Position numbers and translations under genes: made by a program. Below, in pieces: positions 1 to 13,175 of a stretch of 64,000 nt of DNA. The stretch comes from Neocallimastix sp. 'constans' (lineage: Eukaryota). The number at the start of each line of letters is the position of its first letter. The stretch's first letter is position 1. Below the pieces are notes generated by a model. The model ran no database searches. It saw only the letters and a program-made list of their open reading frames with translations, and was not told where the DNA came from. The stretch covers positions 248,001-312,000 of the forward strand of contig JBODTK010000116.1 in NCBI GenBank assembly GCA_050613775.1. Reading direction: 5' to 3'.

Positions 1-425
1 GAAGATTCATCCCTTTGGTATTAGAGGTAAGTGCTATGAATTTACAGAAAAAACTTATTCTTAACTTCCCAAAGACTTGTGTAAAGGGTTAATGAACAAT
101 TATGGGAATCATTTAATATTAAGAAAGGAGTTCGTCAAGGTTGTTCCCCTCTCACCAATTTTGTTTAACTTGTTCATAAAATGACATTGTTAATTAATAA
201 ATATGATAAATATGGAATCTCTATTGATGATAATAAAAGATATTGTATAGGTCTCTTTGTAGATGACATTAGGATCATACATTGTGTATTGTGCTCCAAC
301 AAGATTCCCAACTTAAGAAATTGTTAAAGTTTGGCCAGTAAGTGGACTAGAAATAATGAAATGCAATTTTTTAGTATCAATAAATGTGCCAGTTTAGTAG
401 TAGGAGGGGAAGTTTTTAAAGATTT
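1..425 (+). mobile_element. Non-LTR (LINE) retrotransposon reverse transcriptase fragment, frameshifted
   Basis: Manual translation across frameshifts gives KIHPFGIRGKCYEF...KKGVRQGC(P)LSPILFNLFI(N)DI...GLFVDDI...W..NNEMQF..INKCA. These match the LINE RT motifs GVRQG-LSP-LFN, (F)ADD and N..K. The element runs off the window start. Confidence 0.88.
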
Positions 426-584
426 CTCAATAATAATATATCACGTTGTAGACGTCATGCATGAAATAAAAAAAAAAAAATTATTATTAGCCGACAAATT
501 AGATAAATGACCATCAAAAAAAAAAAAAAAAAAAAAAAAAAACAATCGCAAAACTTTTTTTTTTTTTACTGGGATAATAGATCA

Positions 585-1146
585 ATTGATGATAATCGTG
601 TAAAAATGTTAGTAATTTTCTGAATAATGAGTGTTTAAATAGATAATATGAAGTGGTATTATAATTGACTACTCTAAAGCACCATTTTTTTTTTTTGGTG
701 AGATCCGCGACGCTCTTTACAGAAATTATTCCTTAGAGCAAAATTACTCAACAAGGGTTACTATTCCGATGGTATAAGCACAAACTAACCAGTAGCGTCA
801 ACATTGAAAATGCAGTAAAGACAGCCTAGCAGGGTCAATGTCAATGCCTCTGAAGAAGAACATTAATTTCTTTCAGATAGTCAATTCAAACCCTAATCCG
901 GAAAAAGTAATCTGGAGGTGAGGGTCGTTGCATAGGAACCTTTTTCTGAATTTTATTTATACATTTTATTTTGAATATTACCTTTTATTCAATATTATAT
1001 TACTATTTTAAATATTATTTTATGTTCTAATATAATATTTATTTTTGTATTAATTGGATGTACATTTTTATAAAAAAAAAAGAATATTCATATGTAATTA
1101 ATAAATGATTAAATAAATAAAGTTAAAATTTTGCAATAATAGAGGC

Positions 1147-1177
<31 letters not shown>
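585..1177 (+). mobile_element. LINE 3' end (ORF2 C-terminus remnant, 3' UTR, poly-A), copy 1
   Basis: Shares blocks such as CTCTTTACAGAAATT, CAATGCCTCTGAAG and CTTTCAGATAGTCA with 20.4-21.1 kb and 57.9-58.8 kb. Ends in GCTGT followed by a long A-run and lies just downstream of the RT fragment. Confidence 0.75.
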
Positions 1178-2043
1178 GAAATAAATAAATAAATTAAAAA
1201 AAAAAATATATATATATATATAATATATATATATATATATTGTAATATTTTAATTTAATAAATAAAAATATAACTTAGATAGGGTTAAAAATATAAAATT
1301 AAGATACACACAAAAATAAAAAAAAAAAAAAAAATAGACAAAATAGTTATTATTTTCATATAACAGTTTCAATAATATTTTGTTATATATTATTTTTTTT
1401 TACATTAAGAATTATTTTTAAGTAAAGAATAATATATTTTGAATTTTTTTTTTTTTATTTTATACTTTTCATTTTAAATATATACATTAAGTAATTTGTT
1501 ATTCCTTATATTAAAAATAGATTAAGTATTAAATTAAAATAATCATTATTTTAACAGATATAACAATTTAATTTACTGAAATATAATTAAAAATTATAAA
1601 AAAAAATTTTTTTTTTTTTATTCATATAAACTTGGGTTAATTAATTAGGATAATAATCTTATTAAACTCTTATATTAATCATTTTTTACTTTATGAAATA
1701 TTAATTTAATTAGTTGATAATAAAAAAAAAATTATTTTTTCTAATATTTCTCGTTTTGTTTACTATTATTGTTATTGTTATTTTATAAAAAAAAAAAAAT
1801 AAAATAAAATAAGCAATAATAATAATAATATCACATTGGTCTACGGCATTTAATATTTTAATCTATTTAATTATAATATAACTAGATATATATCAAAATT
1901 ATTTTTTATAATAATTAATTAGGATATACAAAATCAAAGAAATAAAATTTTATTTTTTTTATTTTTTTTTATTTTTTTTTTTTTTTTATTTTTTTTTTTG
2001 TATTTTCAATATCATCTATATTTGTTGCATCTTGAAATGAAAT

Positions 2044-2091
<48 letters not shown>

Positions 2092-3223
2092 TATTATTAT
2101 ATGTGATTTATAAAAATTTATGGAATAAAATTATATAATTTAATTAATAATTATATAATTTAATTAATTTTATCCGATAATTTTATTAAACTTTAATATT
2201 ATAATCATTTTCGTTTTATAATAATTGATATATTTAATTAATTGATAACATAAAAAAAAAAAAAAAAAAAAAAAGTATTTTTCTATTTTTTATTTTCTAT
2301 TTTTTATTATTAAATTATTATAATACATCTTGAAATTACTTTTCCAAATTTTTATTGTTTGTAATTATATATATATATTCACTATTCACGATAAAAAAAA
2401 AAAAAAAAAAAAAAAAAAACTAAATGATTTAATTAATTAATTATAGTAATAAACTTATTAAACTTTTATTTTAATCCTTCTCTATTTAATATAAAATGAT
2501 TTATTTAATTAATTGATAATAAATATATAAAAAAAAAAAAGGATTTTTCTTTTTTTTCTATTTTATTATTTATTTATTTATTATTATTATTTTTAATAAT
2601 AATAATATTTCAAAATAAGACAATAATAAAATTTAACCAAATTATTTTGTATAATAGATTATTTAATTTTCTTTTTTTTTTTTTTTTTTGATGGTATATA
2701 AAACTTCATGACCATATTAAATTGTAATTTTTTTTATATATATATTTTTTTTAATAGAAATTAAATTATTATTAAATTGTAATTTTTTTTTTTTTTTTTT
2801 AATATTATATTTAATTCTAATTTTAACTTTTAAGGAAAAGTATGAAATTAAATAAAAAAATTAAATATTTTTTTTTTTTTTTTTAATTTAAAAATATTAA
2901 CCCACATTTTAGATTGATTTTTTTTTTTTGTTAAATAAAAACACTAAAAATAAAAATATATAAAAATAAAAAAAATAAAAATAAAAAAATAAAAAAATAA
3001 AATAAAATAAAATAAAATTTATTATTATATAGTTGTTATATCTTAATAATATTTTTAATTTAAAAAAATTAATATTTATTTTATTATAGTTTTTTATTTT
3101 ACTTTTTTATATGTATTTATTTATTATTTTAAATTATTTCGAATTAAATCATTCTCTTAAAAATAGTAAAATAATTAATATATATTTATAATTTATTTTT
3201 TTATTTATTTATTTTATTTTATT

Positions 3224-3265
<42 letters not shown>

Positions 3266-3760
3266 TATTATTATTATTATCATAATTATAATTATTAAAA
3301 GTATTTATAATATTGTTATTATTATTTATATAATATATAATGCTTATTATTTTTATAAAGAGTATTATTGTTTGTATTTAACAGTTATTACTGTTTGTAT
3401 TTAACAGTAAATTAGAATTTTTTTTTTTTTTTTAATTATAGAATAATAAATAAATAAATTAATCATGGATTCTTAAATTATTAAATATAAACTGTATTAT
3501 AAATAAATATCTATTATTACTATAATTAACTATTATAATTATTATAATAATAATAATTATAATAATAATTATTATTATTATTATTAATATCATTATTACT
3601 ATTATTATTATTACTCATCATATTATTACTACTATCATTATTACTACTATCATTATTATTATTATTACTACTACTATCATTCTATCATTATTATTTATTA
3701 CTATATGATTAATATTAATAATACTATTATTATTGTTATTAATATTATTATTATTATTAT

Positions 3761-5062
3761 TTAATGGGAAAACTCTACATCTGAATCTAATTTTCTACTA
3801 TATGTTTTATTCATTATAAAGCTATTCGTATTTGGTTCATCGTCATACGCATAAATATTTATGGGTATAGTTTCATACTTTGAAATAAATATAAATATTT
3901 GATCAATAAATACCATATAATACTGTATATTTGTATAGGATACTCTTACTTCCTCTAAGGAAAAATCCATAATTCTGAAGCCATCATCAATAAATAAATA
4001 GTATTTTAAAATAACTGAAAAGGTAATAAAAGGTAAAAAACACAATGAAAATAGAGCAAATAACAACATTCTATATTCTGAAAGATTTTTAAATTTTTTT
4101 AAAAATCCTATATCCGATTTATCAATATCTAATTTTTTAATAATTTTTTTCATAACTATATATACTGTTATTTCATAAATGAAGGCAGCATGATATTTAA
4201 TTAATTGAAATATCCAAAATATATCATAAAAATGGTTAACCTTATCATTATCATATATACCACGAGAATCGTACAGTTCCGAAGGACTAAGTTTAAAATT
4301 TAAAAATATTAAGGCAATCTTTGATAAGTTATAAAATAAACATGTGATATAAACATATTTTATATATTTAAAATTATGTGATATTGCCTTGGTACGTATT
4401 AAGGGATACCAATCTGCAAAAATTTCACCACTATACCAAAATATACTTGCTATTTGTCTCGTTACAAACCATCGTAATGGATGTTTTTCGGGATTAAATA
4501 CAATATTTGAACAAAGCCCATCTTCTGTATTAGAATAATAAGTATCCATTAAATTGCCGACTTGATTTAATATATCTCCAATTGAACTGTTAATATGTTA
4601 TTTAAAAAATTTATCATTAAAAAAATATATAAAATAATATATAATTTATTTTTTTTTTTTTTTTTTCATATTAATAAAATAGTAAATATATATTAAAACA
4701 TAAATTATTATATTATTATTATTGTTATTAATATTAAATATTACTATTCATTTTTATGATTTGATTAATAATATTTACCGTAAAATAAAATGGAGTGATA
4801 TAATTTTCATTACTGTTTTTTTAAAATTAAATTTATGAAGTATAAATACAACTATTGTCCAATAAAAAAAGGTAAACTTAAAAGGGGTATGAATTATATA
4901 TATTATGGTTTGAAAAATATTTAATTTTTCAGTTATATCAGCTGCATCACCAACCGCATTGATATATTCTATATAACAAGTATAATTAGTTCCTTTACTT
5001 CTTAACCAATCAGTAAAAGAAGCTTCAGCTGGATTTTCAATAAAATATTGTTCGTCTAACAT
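3761..5062 (-). CDS. Multipass (about 7 TM, GPCR-like) membrane protein, 2 exons (5062-4779, 4586-3761), about 369 aa
   Basis: The two ORF-track pieces join in frame through a GTAAAT...CAG intron (4778-4587), giving ...SLHFILR/SIGDILNQVGNLMDTYY... Several hydrophobic helices are present, plus a W..GEIFADWYPLIRT motif. Function is unknown. Confidence 0.8.
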
Positions 5063-5558
5063 CTTTTAATTCATTTGATTTTTATTAATATTTTAATTCA
5101 TAAATATCGTTTTTTAACTTAAAGTTTAATTTTATATTATTATGTTTTTTACTTTTTTTTTTTTTTTTTTAATTTTAATTTTAATTTAAATTTTTTTTTA
5201 TCTTTACTTTTATCTTTATTTTTACTTTTATTTTTACTTTTACTTTTATTTTTTTTTTATTTTTACTTTTATTTTTTTTCAAATATTTTTATTTTTTATT
5301 TTTTATTATTTTTTTCTTTAATTTTTTTCTTAGTTATTTTAATTTATATAAAAATCTATTTAAACTATTATTTTAAAACGGTAATTCTTAAGTATTGAAA
5401 CATTGTATATACAAATTATACATTAATGTAAGCCAGCTATATTAAAATAAAATGAATATACATGATTTCTTTAGATGAATTACTTTATTTTATTTTATTT
5501 TATTTTTGTTTGTTTGTTTTGATTTAATATTAATTTAATTGATGTTTAAGAAAGAAAG

Positions 5559-5599
<41 letters not shown>

Positions 5600-5677
5600 A
5601 AATAAATTTTTAAATTAAAAGTAAATTATATATTAAAACTCGATAGGTAATGAATTAAATGAATGAATTCTATTCAT

Positions 5678-5800
5678 ATTTATGATTTATGAAATTTATA
5701 ATATGATTTATGATTTATGAAATTTATAATATGATTTATGATTTATGAAATTTATAATATGATTTTATGATTTATGAAATTTATAATATGATTTATGATG
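5678..5800. repeat. Minisatellite, about 28-bp unit, about 4 copies
   Basis: Tandem ATTTATGATTTATGAAATTTATAATATG. Confidence 0.85.
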
Positions 5801-6114
5801 AATATTTTCATCGTTAAAAAAAAGATTATTCCTTTTTCTTGTATTCCTAATTATTTTATATTTAATAAAATTTTATATATATTTTTTGTATCATTTTTCA
5901 TAAACCTTAATTATTATAAATTTCAATGGTTTTATATTAAAATCTAAAACATTATATAATTGTTAAAAAGAACATTGACACAAATTAAATAAAAAAAAAA
6001 AAATTTTTTTTTTTAATTATGTACAATCTACTTTTATATATTATGTTATATATATTAATTATAATAATTATAATAATCATAATGTAATAATTCATAAAGG
6101 AATTGAAAATAAAA

Positions 6115-6325
6115 CTAAATTTTCAATAATAATAATATTTAAACTATTTTAATTTTCAATAATAATAATATTTAAACCATTTAAATTTTCAGTAATAATA
6201 ATATTTAAACCATTTAAATTTTCAATAATAATAATATTTAAACAAACCATTTAAATTTTCAATAATAATAATAATATTTAAACAAACCATTTAAATTTTC
6301 AATAATAATAATAATATTTAAACAG
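6115..6325. repeat. Minisatellite, about 33-40-bp unit, about 6 copies
   Basis: Tandem AAATTTTCAATAATAATAATATTTAAAC(AAAC)CATTT. Confidence 0.85.
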
Positions 6326-7697
6326 CTTATTCTAAGCACTTCTACAATAATAAAATTCATATTTAAGTTTTTTTTTTTTTTTTATTTTTTTTTTTTTTGA
6401 TATTTTAATAAATTATATATTATATGAATTATGTATATTATTACTGTTGGAATAAACTTTTTTTAATTTGGTTAATTTTATTATAAACTATTATATATAT
6501 AAAAAAAAAATTGTTTAATAATAGTCTCAGAATTAAAAGTAAAATTCAGGATGAAAGTAAAGCAACAAATTCAAACAAAATTAATGATTATAAATATAAT
6601 AAAGTTTTATTTTTTTTTATATCATTAAATGATATATTTTTATTATAATAAAATATTATATTTTCATATTTAAAAAAATGAGTAATATAAACATAAAAAT
6701 ATTCTAAAATAACTAAAATAAATGAATGAATGAATATATAATAAAATAAATAAATAATTATATACAGAATAGAAAATTAATATTAAAAAAAATTATAAAC
6801 ATAATAGAAAATTACATGATTTTAAAATTGTTTATATATTAAAGTACACTTGTCTATATATTGTTTTAAGTAAATTAAAAAAGATTCAAATAAAAAAAAA
6901 TTTTTTTTTTTGTTTTTTTTTTATTATTATTTCAATATTATATATATTAGGAAATATTAGGAAAATATTAGTTAATTCCGAGAAGAAAAAAAAATTTTTT
7001 TTTTTTTTTTTTTAAATTTTGTATTGAAACTTCATTTTTTTTTTTTTTTTAAAAAAATAATACAGAAACCTTTACAATAGATAATCATAATGATATGATA
7101 AAGTTTTTTTTTTCTGTTGGTATAATTGCTAATTATAGCTAGGCTAATAAAGTAAGACTCTGGCATTAATATTTATTAAAAAAAATTACTTTCTAATATT
7201 TGTCTTTACTCTTCAGAAATATTATTTTTTTTTTTTTTTTTTTTTTTTAGATTTTTTAAATCATTCCTCTTAGTTATATAGATTCAGATACCCTATTATT
7301 ACATTCCAAAAAGCTATTATTAAGAAATCATGTCAATTTTTAAGCTTTCAAATAAAAAAATATATATCAATATTATCTATAATAATTATTATTATATAAT
7401 TAATATTATATTATCTATAATAATTATAATTAAATAAATAATATTAATATTATATTATAATGTATTACTGTAATAATACAATTATTATAATATATTATAT
7501 GATTAGATTACATTATTCTAATGTGTTTTTAAAAATTAAATATAAATTTTTTTTAGATAAACTTCTGGGATGGTATTATACCTAATTAAGTTAAAAAAAA
7601 AATAAAAAAATTTTGTATCTTAATATAATAATTATGTTTGAAATTTTCTTAAATGAATGTATTCCAAAGCTATTGGATTTGTTATTTCTAGAACATG

Positions 7698-7729
<32 letters not shown>

Positions 7730-7804
7730 TATATTTTTACTAAACTATTTTATTATCTATAAAAAAAATTTTGTATTATTTTAAATCAATGAATTAAAAT
7801 TGTA

Positions 7805-7868
7805 TTATTATTAGGATTATTATTAGGATTATTATTAGGATTATTATTAGGATTATTATTAGGATTAT
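7805..7868. repeat. 12-bp tandem repeat (TTATTATTAGGA), about 5 copies
   Basis: Directly visible tandem array. Confidence 0.9.
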
Positions 7869-8259
7869 ATTATATTTATAATAATTAATAGAGGTTAACA
7901 TTAACAGAAGAAGAAGAAAAAAAAAAAAAGACATTTTTTTTTGTATCTGAAATAATGTTCTTTTAATTATTTTGTATCATTAACTTTTTAATATAATTTT
8001 AATTTATTTTAATTACATTTATATTATACATATTTTGATATATAATTTATAATTTTTATATTATTATAAATGAATATTTAGTATTAAATATAATTAATAT
8101 AACTTTTTATGTTAATATATAATAAATGAAGCATGAAAACTTTATTCTCTTTCTTTATCTAAAAAAAGAGAAAAAATATATATATTGTCAACATATAAAT
8201 TAATGAATTTTGAGAATAATAATAATCATAATGAACAAATGAACAAATAATAAAATTGA

Positions 8260-8291
<32 letters not shown>

Positions 8292-8704
8292 AATTAAGAA
8301 ATAAATAAATGAATAAATAAATGAGAAATAATGTTAATAAAATATAATTTCTTAGAATAATTACTTAAACACATAAATGGGTAGAGGTTCTATTATCCTA
8401 TTCGCTTATTATTTCCTTGAATAAAATTTTTTTTTTTTTTTATTTTTACTTTTTATAATTTTTATTATATTATTAGTATCGTTTATTCTTTTTTTGTATA
8501 AAAAATATAAATTATATATCACTTATATTATATATGATTTATATCTATGATATATTCTAATATCATTTTAGTTAATCTACAAATTCTTCTCATAAAATTA
8601 AAATATATATATATATATATATTGAATTTTTTAAATATTAGATATATTTAATAATAATAATTAATAATTAATAATTAATAATTAATAATAATATTATTTT
8701 AATA

Positions 8705-9045
8705 ATAAAAAGAATAAATTTAAATATTATTTAAATTTATAATTGGAAAAAGATATATATATAAAATATTATAGTTATTAAGTAATAATTTCTACTTTCT
8801 TATTATTATTATTATTACTATTATTAATATTATTATTAATATTAATATTATTAAAAGAATAAATTTAAATATTATTTAAATTTATAATAGAAAAAGATAT
8901 ATATATATATATAAAATATTATAGTTATTAAGTAATAATTTCTTCTTTCTTATTATTATTATTATTACTATTATTAATATTATTATTAATATTAATATTA
9001 TTAAAAGAATAAATTTAAATATTATTTAAATTTATAATAGAAAAA

Positions 9046-9084
<39 letters not shown>

Positions 9085-9110
9085 TATAGTTATTAAGTAA
9101 TAATTATTAC
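8705..9110. repeat. About 145-bp tandem triplication (third copy partial)
   Basis: AAAAGAATAAATTTAAATATTATTTAAATTTATAAT...AAAATATTATAGTTATTAAGTAATAATT occurs three times. Confidence 0.85.
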
Positions 9111-9383
9111 TTTTCTTGTTAATGTTTTAGAAAAAGAAATAAGGTTAAATATTTTTTAAAAATAACTGTTAGAAACAAAGTTTAGTATGTTCATAATTAT
9201 TATATCTTTATAATATATTAAGCTAATTACTATAAAAAGCCACTATAACTTAAAATAATATATTGATGTACTATAATTTAATATAATTGTGACTCATAGA
9301 TTGGTAATAAAATTATGGAAATAATAATGTTGATTAATATAGTTATGAATAGTTATAATTTAAATAAATAATGTAGGACTAAT

Positions 9384-9416
<33 letters not shown>

Positions 9417-9589
9417 TGGACTATATATATATGGACTATATATATAACCAAGATTATTTATATATATATACTGAGTGAACAATTCTGTGGATTAAGATAT
9501 TCAATTTATATAAGGTTACTATCGGTATATATATTGTATTACTCAACTACATTAGCTTTATTTTTTATAACACTATTTCGACGTCAATG

Positions 9590-9860
9590 TTCGTTTCTAT
9601 TATCCCTAGGTATGGTAGTACAAAATGGTATCCTTAAAGTCAAACATTCTGAAATGTAACTTGGATAATATTAAATGTCATCTGTGTTTTTTTTTTTTTT
9701 TTTTTTTATAAAGATATACAATAAATAATGATGTAAGTTCATAATCAATACCAAGGTGTTGATTAAAACCACGAGCAACCAGGCGAGCCTTAAATTTAAT
9801 AATGGATCCATTACTATCTCTTTTAGAAGTAAAAACCCATCTGATGAAAATCCTCTTAGG
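9590..9860 (-). mobile_element. Ty1/Copia reverse transcriptase (RVT_2) fragment, degenerate
   Basis: Minus-strand translation PKRIFIRWVFTSKRDSNGSIIKFKARLVARGFNQHLGIDYELT (about 9860-9734) is the canonical Copia RT N-terminal motif. A decayed continuation follows. Confidence 0.9.
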
Positions 9861-10415
9861 TCTTAACTAAACTTTGTTAGTACAAGGAATATATTTTTTC
9901 CTCATTATAAAATACGTAAAGCCTCAACTATTCCGAGCAGACTATTGTAAATAAGACCTAAATTGAGTCCGAGACAATATAAAAATCATACTTTGAATTT
10001 ATAGAGAAAATGGTCCCATATAAATTCAGATGGTAAGAGTATGGTCGTTCTAGAAGCCGGTAGGATTATTATAGTTAAGTTAAATAGACAGACTTTGAAT
10101 TTTATTTTGAATAAAATAGAAGCTTTATAATATAATCATCTATAATAAACGATAATAATTTAGGACTAATTTTTTTTTTTTTTTTAACTTTTTTTAAATG
10201 GAATCATTATATCCATATAATCGATAAAAATAACGATAGAAGTGTTAAATACTTTTCATTGTAATTATTTACAAAAATTAATAATGTTTATAAACAATTA
10301 ACTCTTATATAAATGTATCTTATGTAAATAATTATATTTTATGTAAATAATTGTATTTTATGTAAATAATTGTATTTTATGTAAATAATTGTATTTTATA
10401 ATTGTATTTTTTGAT

Positions 10416-10456
<41 letters not shown>

Positions 10457-10687
10457 ATTTAAAATTTAATATTTAAAAAAGTTTTGGAGAAATACATCTT
10501 TGGTAAAAGTAGAAAAAAAAAAAAATTTTAAAAAAGTTTATATTAATAGTTTATAGCAGTTATTAAAAAAATATATTAAAACATGATCCATATTTTTATT
10601 GTAAAAGATTTTAAAAAAAAATTTTTTTGACTATATTTAATATTAATATTAATATTGTTAAGATTGTTAAGAATAAAATATTTTATT

Positions 10688-10689
<2 letters not shown>

Positions 10690-10741
<52 letters not shown>

Positions 10742-10749
10742 TTAATAAT

Positions 10750-10836
<87 letters not shown>
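10690..10836. repeat. (AAT)n microsatellite
   Basis: Long, nearly pure AAT run. It explains the poly-N and poly-I ORFs in the track. Confidence 0.95.
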
Positions 10837-10859
10837 TGTTATATAATGAATATAATGAA

Positions 10860-11760
10860 AATGATATTCATATCTAGAACCAGATGAATAATCATCAGCA
10901 AAAATATTTGAATAACCACTCTAATGAATAAATAATTCATATATAATAATTCTAACATTTGTTACACCTATATTATTAAATAGCTACATATATGTTATAT
11001 AAAATATAAATAACATTTAATGTAATGGTTTATTTCAATATATAAAGATCATCAATAATACAATATAATTATATATGTATCTCTGTGAAATCATCTAAAA
11101 ATATATTTACAAATTTATCGTTAATTTAAAAATGGTAGTAATAAATTAATGATTTTATTTTATATTAATATATTTGTTGGTTCTTCATGCATTAAAATAA
11201 TATAATAATTTTATATTAGTAATATCTGTATTTAGAGTTAAAGAATTCGATATATTCTATATATACATTAAATCCTTTATACAATTATAGTAATCTCCAT
11301 AATTAAATTTTAAGATATATATTTAAGTTATTTTCTTTAAATTTTTGTTTGTTGCTATATTTTTAAACTAATTATAGAAATAGCTTATAATGAATACAAT
11401 AAATTGTAAATATGAATTTATAAATTTTAACATATCTACCAGTTTATTAATATCATGATAACATTGCATATGAGAATTAAACTGGAATTTAACGATATTA
11501 GAATAAATAATATAATGATAAGATTAATTAAATCTAATATTAGTAATAAATGTTATAATATTCATTAGCTTGTGCTGAAATTCGGTCATGTTACATATAT
11601 CTTCTTTTTAATATTTTAATAAACGTTCCATAAATTATATATATATAAATGACATCTGTATTAATAATTTTAAAATCATCGTATTTTATAATTTGATGAC
11701 TTTAATTAATACATACTTAAAAGTTGTATATTTTATTTCATCGATAATATAAAACTGAAA
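10860..11760 (-). pseudogene. Decayed, apparently intronless ORF of unknown family
   Basis: Sequence complexity is higher than in the flanks. One minus-strand frame reads protein-like for about 500 nt with scattered stops (FMERLLKY*KEDICNMTEFQHKLMNII...FNSHMQCYHDINKLVDMLKFINSYLQF...FNYGDYYNCIKDLMY). No family was recognised. Confidence 0.45.
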
Positions 11761-12422
11761 TAAAAATACATATATAAAAAGTATTAAAAACATTTTAAAT
11801 AGTAAAAAAAGCAAAGTCCTAAATTTAGTATTAGATTAATAAGAATTGTTATACCTTTTTTAATAGCTCAAATTAATAATTATAATAATAATGATAATGA
11901 ATATTTCTAATTCATAACTCATACTATAATATTCATTAAATGATAGTAATTATAGGTTTAATTATAGGTTATTATTATTATTATTATGTGATTTTAAAAT
12001 AAAACATATGGTTTATTATTATAATTATCATTTTTTTTCTTTTTTTTTTTTTTTTTTTATTTAACGGTTGCTGATTTTATTTTAAATTATTAATTTGATA
12101 AACCTATTATATTATAAATTTTAAATGGTTAAAGTCTCTATCATTATTCCTATTTTATTAATTTAATACAATACAATATATATAATATTTAAGTATTATA
12201 AAATAATCCAAACTGAATCATAAAATTTGTATAGCTTCAGGAATATACTATCTGAAGGTCCATTAGGTGGTTTTACAACATTTACCATTAATAAATAATT
12301 CAATTAAATATAAAACATTTGAATTAATCTATTCATAACTTTATACGTTATTATTATTATCATATGAATCTCTCCATATAAGAAAATTTTTTCTTGAATT
12401 ATCGTTTTGAAGAAGTTGATGC

Positions 12423-13175
12423 TCTGGAGTGGCGAAAAGTTTTATTTACATCAATCAAAAATACCAGAGTGACATAGTAATAACTGATAACGGCATCGAT
12501 CAAATAATTATGATAAATCAACTATATTATAGAACTAATATAATCCTAACCCATTATTACCGAAACAAGTGAATAGTATAAATGATACTCCCGTTCAATA
12601 AACATATTGTTTACTATCAACTGGTGAAAGAAAACAAAATTTCTTTCATGATTGAATTCGATATAGATAAAGGCATATTTGTGAAAAAAAAAAAAAAACG
12701 GGAAGATAAATGGACCTCGAATAGTTTAAATACTTTTAATAGTATAGTTCTTGCTTATTTTCAAAAAAAAAAAAAAAAAAAAAATTAATATTGAAATATT
12801 TTCACAGGATTCTAATACCCTAATGCGTAAATATCATAATAGAATAAAAACAAAATATACTTAATGAATATAAAGGAAACTTACTTGATATAGGCTCTGG
12901 GAATGGTGGAAATATTCATAAATGGAAACACTTACGAAAAAATTGTGTGTGTGCATAAAGAATGTGATAATATAATGTTTGTAAATGTTGAAAATTCCAA
13001 TTTAACAGAACATTATGAAAATGCAATTAATAGGGAAAAAATAATAATAAAAAAATATTTGAAAAAATATAAATTTAATATAATTAGTCAATATTCAATT
13101 AAACCATTTTCATTTCTTAATCTATCACAAAAGCTGTATACTTCCTATTTTAAAGTTATGGAGTTTTCAAATCTT
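12423..13175 (+). pseudogene. Fossil viral/linear-plasmid-type mRNA capping enzyme (guanylyltransferase OB-fold end fused to guanine-N7 methyltransferase)
   Basis: Across three frameshifts: IEFDIDKGIFVKK..REDKWTSN (GTase motif VI, RxDK...N, 12699-12722); LMRKYHNRIK (12820-12849); ILNEYKGNLLDIGSGNGGNIHKW (SAM-binding motif, 12881-12925); KIVCV; and a C-terminal LNLSQKLYTSYFKVMEF. Confidence 0.8.

Noticed and set aside
3222..3404. 60-aa ORF (poly-F/poly-I)
   Set aside because: Translation of a T-run and ATT microsatellite; not coding.
7805..7868. TTAGGA-containing repeat as interstitial telomere
   Set aside because: The unit is the 12-bp TTATTATTAGGA, not TTAGGG, and the array is short.
9880..10110. 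Possible continuation of the Copia element upstream of the RT fragment
   Set aside because: Complex sequence but no convincing integrase motif in any frame I read.
10627..10887. Poly-N and poly-I ORFs
   Set aside because: Artefacts of the (AAT)n microsatellite.
12820..12930. Host Abd1 cap methyltransferase pseudogene as the explanation for the MTase motif
   Set aside because: Disfavoured because a GTase motif VI lies about 40 codons upstream in the same orientation and the MRKYHN-to-LDIG spacing is very compact; not formally excluded without a phylogeny.
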